DNA from: Dickeya dadantii NCPPB 898
GTDB lineage: Bacteria > Pseudomonadota > Gammaproteobacteria > Enterobacterales > Enterobacteriaceae
NCBI RefSeq assembly: GCF_000406145.1
Contig: NZ_CM001976.1
Span: 446,930 to 478,929, forward strand
Length of the DNA: 32,000 bases
Reading direction: 5' to 3'
Below are positions 25,652 to 32,000 of this stretch, piece after piece; positions within the stretch are counted from its first letter, which is position 1, and each line of letters opens with the position of its first letter. The position numbers and the translations under genes were made by a program. The notes beneath the pieces were generated by a model that saw only the letters and a list, made by a program, of their open reading frames with translations, did not search any database and was not told the DNA's origin.

Positions 25652-26449
25652 ATGCAACGCGATTTTTATGATAAGACGGTGGTGATCACCGGCGCGTGCC
25701 GGGGGATTGGCGCCGGGATCGCCGGGCGGTTTGCCCGCGACGGCGCTAATCTGGTGATGGTGTCCAACTCGGAACGGGTGATGTCGACGGCGCAGGAGAT
25801 ACAACACCGCTATGGCGCAGACGTGCTGCCGCTGGTGGCGGACGTGACCGAGGAAGCGCAAGTACAGGATGTGTATCAGCAGGCGGCGGCGCGCTTCGGG
25901 CAGATTGACGTGTCGGTGCAGAACGCCGGGGTGATCACCATCGATTACTTTGACCGGATGCCGAAGGCCGATTTTGAGCGGGTGCTGGCGGTGAATACCA
26001 CCGGCGTATGGCTGTGCTGCCGTGAAGCGGCGAAGTACATGGTGAAGCAGCAGCGCGGTTGCCTGATTAATACCTCGTCCGGTCAGGGGCGCAAAGGCTT
26101 TATCTATACGCCGCATTACGCCGCCAGCAAGATGGGGGTGATCGGCATTACCCAGAGTCTGGCGCAGGAGCTGGCGCCGTGGAACATCACCGTCAACGCG
26201 TTTTGTCCCGGCATCATCGACAGCGAGATGTGGGATTACAACGACCGGGTGTGGGGGGAGATCCTCAGCACCGATGACAAACGCTACGGCAAGGGCGAAC
26301 TGATGGCGGAGTGGGTACAGGGCATCCCGCTCAAACGCGCCGGCAAACCGGAAGACGTGGCCGGGCTGGTGGCGTTTCTCGCCTCCGACGACGCGCGCTA
26401 CATCACCGGGCAGACGATTAATGTGGATGGCGGGTTGATCATGTCGTGA
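25652..26449 (+). CDS. SDR family oxidoreductase (second copy in the locus)
   Basis: ITGACRGIG and YAASKMG are present. The ATG at 25652 follows an AAGGAG Shine-Dalgarno. The upstream part of tracked ORF 25502 is Arg-rich read-through of the kinase 3' end. Confidence 0.9.
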   Translation: MQRDFYDKTVVITGACRGIGAGIAGRFARDGANLVMVSNSERVMSTAQEIQHRYGADVLPLVADVTEEAQVQDVYQQAAARFGQIDVSVQNAGVITIDYFDRMPKADFERVLAVNTTGVWLCCREAAKYMVKQQRGCLINTSSGQGRKGFIYTPHYAASKMGVIGITQSLAQELAPWNITVNAFCPGIIDSEMWDYNDRVWGEILSTDDKRYGKGELMAEWVQGIPLKRAGKPEDVAGLVAFLASDDARYITGQTINVDGGLIMS

Positions 26450-26487
26450 CGGGTTCGCGGCGGATTACCCGCTGCGTGCGATCCGCA

Positions 26488-26543
26488 CCCAAGTCCGAAC
26501 CCCAACTGACTGCGCTAATCGCGCCGGTTGGGCAGGACTTGGG
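26488..26543. repeat. Long imperfect stem-loop at the junction between the catabolic locus and the cyt island
   Basis: cccaagtccgaaccccaac (26488-26506) pairs with gttgggcaggacttggg (26527-26543), with a small internal mismatch. It lies between convergent stops at 26449 and 26552. There is no T-run. Confidence 0.35.
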
Positions 26544-26551
26544 TCGCGGCA

Positions 26552-27211
26552 TTATCCTGATAATGGCTGGCTGACTTTCAAGCCGTCCAGATTCACGGCG
26601 TAGTATGCATGGGATGAGATCGTGATAAACAACACTTTTTCTTCGCTAACATCAACATTGACCAGCATCCCTAAAGGGATCGCGATTAACTTTTGATTCT
26701 GCTGGATAGCGAACAATAAATTATAACTGTAGCTGGTACTGCTGCCGCTCTCTTTTGACCAGAAAATCCATGCGCTTTCACTGTTGCGATGCAGGTTTAA
26801 AAATCCCGTTTTAATGGTATCGATAATTTGATTTTTGAGTGAAGCGGAGAGCGAACCGCCGATCACCGAATCAATATGATCGGAAACTTGTGCGATGGTT
26901 TTTTCAGGCGAGTCGCTGGCAATGTGGGAATTAATCACTTGCTCTATGGTTAATCCGGCTGCGTTGGCCACATTAATTGCTTTGGGGGTATCAAAGCTGA
27001 GACTGGACGTTAATGCATTCTGAAATACCCGGCTGATGGCAAACGACTGGGGAATATATTTTGCATCAACGCTGAACAGAGTTTTGAAATGCAATGGCTG
27101 ATCTTGCTCGGCCTGCAAAGCATACCCCCTGAGCATGGTGGGAGCAGGGGTAACGTTCAACACGATCGGGCTGTTATAAATTGTCGGATGTAAGTCGTCG
27201 GTAATATACAA
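26552..27211 (-). CDS. cytD: Cyt-like delta-endotoxin (cytolysin) paralog, 4th in the operon
   Basis: ESAWIFWSKESGSSTSYSYNLLFAIQQN and the C-terminal VLFITISSHAYYAVNLDGLKVSQPL strongly resemble my memory of B. thuringiensis Cyt2 (AWIFWGKE..NYTYNVLFAIQN ... [25 protein letters not shown]). It has a TTG start and lies in an AT-rich island. The symbol is assigned by transcription order only. Confidence 0.8.
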   Translation of the reverse strand: MYITDDLHPTIYNSPIVLNVTPAPTMLRGYALQAEQDQPLHFKTLFSVDAKYIPQSFAISRVFQNALTSSLSFDTPKAINVANAAGLTIEQVINSHIASDSPEKTIAQVSDHIDSVIGGSLSASLKNQIIDTIKTGFLNLHRNSESAWIFWSKESGSSTSYSYNLLFAIQQNQKLIAIPLGMLVNVDVSEEKVLFITISSHAYYAVNLDGLKVSQPLSG

Positions 27212-27282
27212 CGTAGACCCCCATTTTTAGGGTAATGAAATGATATCCTGTTGATTAATCGGGGAAGGATACGTCCTGATGA

Positions 27283-27894
27283 TTATCCCAGCGGCGTGAC
27301 AACCTGAAATCCTTTTACGCCTATCGTGATCTGCTCTTTTTGCAAGGTTAAACGCCAGTCTTTGGTGCTAAATATATCGGATATCGCGGTGTTCGGCGTC
27401 ACGGTGATAATTAGCGGGCCAGCGGCCATCATGGCGCCTGTTTCTTCACCCTGACTGACAATAAATAAACTGTATGAGTAACTGGTTACCGAATGCCCCG
27501 CATCAGGTTGGGCATTGATATGAAACCAGGGTTTATCTTTTTGTGTTTCCAGATCACAAAAGGCATGAGATAAGATATTTTGGATATAGGTATCCTGACT
27601 AATACCCAGCACGCCTTCTATTTTCAGCTGCTCGGACAGTGTGGTGGTTAAGGCTGACAGTGTGCTAAATGACTTTTTTAAGGTCATGTTATTGGTGGCG
27701 ATGATGGCTAAGTCAGGTTGCGCTTGTGCTTTCTTCAATGCTTTAGCCAAATCTAATTGACCATTATCATCGACTTCGTGTGCAAAAAGTTGGGCCAACT
27801 GTATGGCCTGTGCATAATAGTGCTCGTTTTCCAGATTGAGAAAAACCTGATACGGTAAGGTATTACCATCATCTGGGTAGATTTCTATACTCAT
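27283..27894 (-). CDS. cytC: Cyt-like delta-endotoxin paralog, 3rd in the operon
   Basis: It is colinear with the other three paralogs (FDLxKAL..., DLETQKDKPWF, SYSYSLFIVSQGEETGAMMAAGPLIITV). The ATG is preceded by a GGTGAG Shine-Dalgarno. Confidence 0.8.
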   Translation of the reverse strand: MSIEIYPDDGNTLPYQVFLNLENEHYYAQAIQLAQLFAHEVDDNGQLDLAKALKKAQAQPDLAIIATNNMTLKKSFSTLSALTTTLSEQLKIEGVLGISQDTYIQNILSHAFCDLETQKDKPWFHINAQPDAGHSVTSYSYSLFIVSQGEETGAMMAAGPLIITVTPNTAISDIFSTKDWRLTLQKEQITIGVKGFQVVTPLG

Positions 27895-27909
27895 GTTCTC
27901 ACCATGAAA

Positions 27910-27978
27910 TTAATGTTGATCATGCAGTTAATATTGTTCATGTAATTAATATTGACCAATGTAATTGATATTGATAGG
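27910..27978. repeat. Four degenerate tandem repeats of about 18 bp (TTAATATTGNNCATG-like) filling the cytB-cytC spacer
   Basis: The units are ttaatgttgatcatg (27910), ttaatattgttcatg (27928), ttaatattgaccaatg (27946) and ttgatattgatagg (27965). The periods are 18, 18 and 19 nt. Confidence 0.8.
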
Positions 27979-27990
27979 TCCAGTCTGCCA

Positions 27991-28590
27991 CTATTCTGCC
28001 GTCAGTGCCTCAACAATCACCATACTCTTGAAGTTCATTTTTTGTGTAATTGATGAGCCTGCTACCAATGCCAGAACATTAGCACTTGCTTTGGTAATAG
28101 TAATCTCTACGCTGGTTAACTGACCGACCATGACTGAGCCTGTGGTCTCATTTTGTGTAACGTCAAACATATTATATTGATAATGCAGCGTATTCGATTG
28201 CTCGCTGAAAATTGTAAAGTAGTTACCGTTTTTCTGCGCATTGAGGTCGATAAAGGCTTTAGCGGCAATACCGAATGCCATCCAATTTTCCGTTGCCGCG
28301 CCTTGCACCATGCGGATAAGGTTCTGAAGCTGGTCTATCGCGACCCAGACCTGAGACACGTTACTGTTGCCTTTTACGGTATGCGTGCCCACGACCGCCA
28401 GGGTATCGTGACTTTTGGCGAGCGAGAGCGCCTTTTCGAAATTGATGCCCTCCTGAGGAAGACAGGCTTCATTGAAAATGCTAGCCATATTCATGGCCTG
28501 ATCAACATTCTTTAAATCAACGTTTAACGTTACACTGAAATTTTTACTTTCGTCGGCAGTATTAGTCGGATTCAATGCAATATTGTTCAT
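27991..28590 (-). CDS. cytB: Cyt-like delta-endotoxin paralog, 2nd in the operon (most divergent)
   Basis: It shares INFEKALSLAKSH, IDLNAQKNGNYF, YQYNMFDVTQNETTGSVMVGQL and a C-terminal VIVEALT with its neighbours. Confidence 0.75.
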   Translation of the reverse strand: MNNIALNPTNTADESKNFSVTLNVDLKNVDQAMNMASIFNEACLPQEGINFEKALSLAKSHDTLAVVGTHTVKGNSNVSQVWVAIDQLQNLIRMVQGAATENWMAFGIAAKAFIDLNAQKNGNYFTIFSEQSNTLHYQYNMFDVTQNETTGSVMVGQLTSVEITITKASANVLALVAGSSITQKMNFKSMVIVEALTAE

Positions 28591-28627
28591 CTCAGTGCCT
28601 TAGTTCATAACCGTTCGGGATAATAGT

Positions 28628-28656
28628 AAAAATGCCATGGCGAGCATGGCATTTTT
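28628..28656. terminator. Bidirectional intrinsic-terminator-like hairpin between cytA and cytB
   Basis: aaaaatgccatg (28628-28639) and catggcattttt (28645-28656) are exact reverse complements around a 5-nt loop. That gives an 8-bp G/C-containing stem flanked by A5/T5, so a U-run follows on both strands. Confidence 0.6.
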
Positions 28657-28660
28657 AGGA

Positions 28661-29296
28661 TTAGGATTTTAGCGCTTCAACAACAGTGATGGATTTCACA
28701 TTAACGGAATAATTATGTTTGTCTTTTGTGGTGATCCAAAGCACTTGCTGTTTATCGACATCGACGGTAATCGTCAGGCCGATAGGGGCAGCCGCCATAA
28801 CGGACCCGGTATCCTGATTAGCAATAGCAAACAGGATGTTGTAGGTATATGTGGTTTTTGACTCGCTTTCCTTATTCCAGAAAATCCATTTACTTTCTTT
28901 TTGCGCGTCAAGGTTGGTAAAACCTTGTTCAATCGTGTTGGCGAATTTTTTATAGGTTGGACTTTCTTTATCGAGCACCACGCCGACAACGGTATCCAGC
29001 AGCTTCATAACGTCATCAACCATGGCGGATACCTGGTTGTTCTGTTTGACAATCGACTGATTTATTGTGCCGATTATAGCCATTTCAGGATGTTGTTTTA
29101 CCAGACCGATGGCTTTGTCAAAGTTAAATTCAAGATCGTCCCCATTAATGGCATCCTGAAATACTCTTGACATGGCAATTGCCTGGCCAACATATTTTGT
29201 CGGCATTTGGAATAATGTATTGAAATTGAGATCTAAATTTGAATCTTTGGCCAGTATTTCATTGCTGTTAAGAACGACAATATTGTCGAATTTCAT
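28661..29296 (-). CDS. cytA: Cyt-like delta-endotoxin paralog, 1st in the operon
   Basis: FTNLDAQKESKWIFWNKESESKTTYTYNILFAIANQDTGSVMAAAPIGLTITVDV...VLWITT...YSVNVKSITVVEAL is present. I prefer the ATG at 29296 (GGAGAG Shine-Dalgarno 7 nt upstream) over the tracked TTG at 29311. Confidence 0.85.
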   Translation of the reverse strand: MKFDNIVVLNSNEILAKDSNLDLNFNTLFQMPTKYVGQAIAMSRVFQDAINGDDLEFNFDKAIGLVKQHPEMAIIGTINQSIVKQNNQVSAMVDDVMKLLDTVVGVVLDKESPTYKKFANTIEQGFTNLDAQKESKWIFWNKESESKTTYTYNILFAIANQDTGSVMAAAPIGLTITVDVDKQQVLWITTKDKHNYSVNVKSITVVEALKS

Positions 29297-29649
29297 GGTA
29301 ATACTCTCCAAATATAAAATATAGAGATGAGGGTGGTCAGAGCTATTTTCCTTTTAAGGTTAGGATTCGATCTTATAAAAATCAAGTTACATAATTGTGT
29401 ATTTTAATTGTGCGAAATAATTTGTTTATGGCTAATCATTCGTCGGGTTATTTTTGGGGATTTCAATGAATATATTTATTTCAGGGTAAGTGCGTGTTTT
29501 ATTTCCCCTATTTTAATTTTTATATTGCTGATGATAGTCAATGATATTTTGCTACGGGCGTTGAATGCGCCTTTCTAAAAACAAGAAATAACCTCATCTT
29601 ATTGATAATCACGCAAATGGTGCAGGTGGGGAAGTTTTTGCACTGAAAT

Positions 29650-29701
29650 AGCCCTCGATTTTATGCTATCCGGCGTCGGCCGCGGCCTGCCGGAGAGGGC
29701 T
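29650..29701 (+). terminator. GC-rich nested hairpin followed by TTTT, isolated inside the AT-rich cytA upstream region
   Basis: The outer stem is agccctc / gagggct and the inner stem is ccggc / gccgg, then ttttc. No plus-strand gene lies upstream of it in the present arrangement. Confidence 0.4.
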
Positions 29702-29890
29702 TTTCATTCATTTTTATTATTTCTGACGCTAATGAATCCAGTGTTTATCGGTTCTTTCTCTTTTTGAGAAAGCCTGCATCGAAAATTGATAACAGTCGAC
29801 AGCAATAATAACCCGTCTCTGGCGTTAATCTTGCAATGCCAATATGCATGTTTTTGTTAATCATTCCTCAGGAACGATGTGGAGAACATC

Positions 29891-31423
29891 ATGACTCATC
29901 AACTGGCAAGGCGAATTTATCAATATCTATTAATGGCATTGTTATTAGGCGGTACGACTTATAGTTATGCCGGCAAACAAAATGACACGCTGGTTTATGC
30001 CTCCGACAGTGAGGTGGAAAACGTCAGTCCATACCACAATAATATGCGCGAAGGGGTGATTCTGGCGCATCTCGCCTGGGATACGCTGATATATCGCGAT
30101 CCGAAAACCGGAGAATATAAAGGCGAACTGGCGACCGACTGGAAATGGGAATCGCCGGTGGTATTGCTGCTGCACCTGCGTAAAGGCGTGACTTTCCATA
30201 ATGGCGATAGCTTTAGCGCCGATGACGTGGTGTATACCTTTCAGAGCATCGCCGGGCCGAATACCGCCTCGGTGATCCCGCAAAGCGTGGACTGGATCGA
30301 CCATGCGGAGAAGGTCGATGACTACACCGTGCGCCTGCACCTGAAAAAACCGTTCCCGGCGGCGCTGGAGTACCTCTCCGGCCCGACGCCAATCTACCCC
30401 GCTAAATATTTCCAGCAGGTGAAGCTGGAGGGCTTCAGCAAAGCGCCTGTCGGCACCGGCCCGTACAAAATCGTCAAAGTGACGCCGGGGCAAGGGGTGT
30501 CGATGGTGAAAAACCCGGACTATTTCAAAGACAGCCCGATCGGACAACCGAAAATCGGCAAACTGCAGTTTGTGGTGATCCGCGACCCGGAAGCGCGCGT
30601 GGCTCAACTGATGACCGGCCAGGTGGACTGGATCTGGCGCGTGGCGTCGGATCAGGTGGACTCGTTGTCCGCCATGCCGAACATCGCGGTGAAAAGCGGT
30701 GAAACCATGCGCGTCGGCTTTCTGGAGCTGAACACCAACGCCAGCGGGCCGGAGGGCGTGCCGTTCAAGGACCTGCGCGTGCGTCAGGCCATCAATTACG
30801 CCATCAACCGTCAGGCGATGGTGGACAATCTGGTACGCGGCGGCAGTAAACCGGTGTATTCCGCCTGCTTCCGCACCCAGACTGCCTGCGACGCCAGCCA
30901 GGTGATTCAGTACCCCTACGACCCGGCCAAAGCCAAACAGTTGCTGGCGGAAGCGGGGTACGCCAACGGCTTCGACACCGACTTGTGGGCCTATCGCGAG
31001 CGTGATTACGCCGAAGCCATCATCGGCGATCTGCGCAAGGTCGGCATCCGCGCCCGCCTGCACTTCGTGCAATACCCGGTGATGGCCAGCGCGTTGGCGT
31101 CCGGTCAGGCGCCGCTGGCGTTCAGCACCTGGGGCTCGTTCTCCATCAATGACGCCACCGCGTTCGTTACCCCTTATTTCGGCGGTAAAGGCAGCGATAT
31201 CTGGAAAGATCCGCAGGTGATCGCCGAACTGGCGAAAGCGGACGAGGTGGTGGACCCGCAGCAGCGCGCCGCGCTGTACGCCGCACTGCTGGGTCGCATT
31301 TCGGCGCAGGCGTATATGGCGCCGCTGTTCTCCTATTCCACCCATTACGCCTTTACGTCCGACCTGAACTTCCAGGACTGGCCGGATGAACTGCCGCGCT
31401 TCGCCGAGGCGAGCTGGAAGTAA
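29891..31423 (+). CDS. ABC transporter substrate-binding protein, family 5 (peptide/nickel/opine, DppA/OppA-like)
   Basis: It has a signal-like N-terminus (LLMALLLGGTTYSYA), a size of about 510 aa, and family-5 motifs (TFHNGDSFSADDVVYTF, GTGPYKIV). I prefer the ATG at 29891 over the GTG at 29879. Confidence 0.9.
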   Translation: MTHQLARRIYQYLLMALLLGGTTYSYAGKQNDTLVYASDSEVENVSPYHNNMREGVILAHLAWDTLIYRDPKTGEYKGELATDWKWESPVVLLLHLRKGVTFHNGDSFSADDVVYTFQSIAGPNTASVIPQSVDWIDHAEKVDDYTVRLHLKKPFPAALEYLSGPTPIYPAKYFQQVKLEGFSKAPVGTGPYKIVKVTPGQGVSMVKNPDYFKDSPIGQPKIGKLQFVVIRDPEARVAQLMTGQVDWIWRVASDQVDSLSAMPNIAVKSGETMRVGFLELNTNASGPEGVPFKDLRVRQAINYAINRQAMVDNLVRGGSKPVYSACFRTQTACDASQVIQYPYDPAKAKQLLAEAGYANGFDTDLWAYRERDYAEAIIGDLRKVGIRARLHFVQYPVMASALASGQAPLAFSTWGSFSINDATAFVTPYFGGKGSDIWKDPQVIAELAKADEVVDPQQRAALYAALLGRISAQAYMAPLFSYSTHYAFTSDLNFQDWPDELPRFAEASWK

Positions 31424-31469
31424 TCGCCGCCGGGAAACCGGCCGCGCCTGAGTTGTAAGGAGTTCGCTT

Positions 31470-32000
31470 ATGGTGAAGTACGTTTTTCATCGGTTACTGG
31501 TGGCGCTGGCGGTGCTGTTTACCGTGGCGGCGGTCAGCTTTTCGCTGCTGCACCTGTCCGGCGATCTGGCGACCGCCATCGCCGGGCCGGACGCCACCGC
31601 CGAAACCATCGCCCAGATCCGGGTGCAAAACGGGCTGGATAAACCGCTGCTGACCCAGTTTTCCAGTTGGATGTGGTCGGCGCTGCAGCTGGATTTCGGC
31701 CGCTCGTTCTACTTTGAGAACACGGTGATGGAACTGGTCGGCCAGCGGATGCCGGTCACCCTCAAACTCGGCGGCGTGTCGCTGCTGCTGGCGCTGGTGC
31801 TGGCGATCCCGCTCGGGGTGCTGGCGGCGGTGTTCCGCGATACCTGGGTCGATCGCCTTGCCATGCTGGTGTCGGTTATCGGCCAGGCAATGCCCAATTT
31901 CTGGTTCGCGCTGGTGCTCATCCTGATCTTCGCCGTCGGGCTGAAATGGCTACCGGTAGCGGGCAACGCCAGCTGGCAAAACTTCGTGCTGCCGGCGGTG
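31470..32000 (+). CDS. ABC transporter permease (DppB/OppB-like), 5' partial; runs off the window
   Basis: This is not in the ORF track because no stop is reached. The ATG at 31470 follows an AAGGAG Shine-Dalgarno. My translation is MVKYVFHRLLVALAVLFTVAAVSFSLLHLSGDLA...LDKPLLTQF...FGRSFYF, the typical N-terminus of this permease family. The frame stays open for 177 codons to position 32000. Confidence 0.85.
   Translation, partial: MVKYVFHRLLVALAVLFTVAAVSFSLLHLSGDLATAIAGPDATAETIAQIRVQNGLDKPLLTQFSSWMWSALQLDFGRSFYFENTVMELVGQRMPVTLKLGGVSLLLALVLAIPLGVLAAVFRDTWVDRLAMLVSVIGQAMPNFWFALVLILIFAVGLKWLPVAGNASWQNFVLPAV

Noticed and set aside
29945-31345. 466-aa minus-strand ORF antisense to the family-5 substrate-binding protein gene
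   Set aside because: This is a shadow ORF with Arg/His/Gly-rich composition. The plus-strand frame has a signal peptide and family-5 SBP motifs.

Overview
This looks like an enterobacterial chromosome segment, family Pectobacteriaceae and most likely Dickeya. The genus call rests on a four-gene Cyt-like toxin cluster that I know only from Dickeya dadantii. The window is a mosaic of GC-rich, core-like operons and visibly AT-richer accessory patches. I saw no integrase, transposase or IS anywhere in it.

Gene content from left to right:
- 1-1.6 kb: a small secreted protein and a GNAT/DUF1778 (TacAT-like) toxin-antitoxin pair. The patch ends at a 21-nt remnant of a tRNA-Leu 3' end followed by a strong terminator, which resembles an island att scar.
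- 1.9-2.9 kb: the TopAI/YjhX toxin, tightly coupled to a YjhP-like SAM methyltransferase. The YjhQ GNAT antitoxin that E. coli carries between these genes is absent.
- 3.3-4.9 kb: two divergent unknown genes separated by a 457-bp gap with no convincing ORF.
- 5.1-8.8 kb: an Lrp regulator, a Dabb protein, a DUF2000 protein, two decayed biosynthetic gene fragments (PaaK-like ligase and BacA-like prephenate decarboxylase), and two convergent LysE/ArgO exporters.
- 9.0-9.8 kb: a solitary HNH_2 nuclease.
- 10.0-13.8 kb: an MFS (DHA2) transporter, a MocR regulator, a GNAT and an AhpD-like protein.
- 13.9-14.1 kb: a diverged 168-bp duplicate of the MFS 3' end.
- 14.2-15.9 kb: a translationally coupled ABC-type ATPase plus DUF4276/Toprim-like pair. 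This is my best candidate for an undescribed or under-described defence system, with an OLD/PARIS/AbiL-style architecture.
- 16.1-26.4 kb: a DeoR-controlled polyol/ketose catabolic locus with a split transketolase, two SDRs, an ABC importer with a DUF2291 lipoprotein, and an FGGY kinase.
- 26.5-29.3 kb: an AT-rich island carrying four tandem paralogous Cyt-like delta-endotoxin genes (cytABCD).
- 29.9-32.0 kb: the start of a Dpp/Opp-type ABC transporter.

All family assignments come from reading the translations and from remembered motifs. No searches were run.
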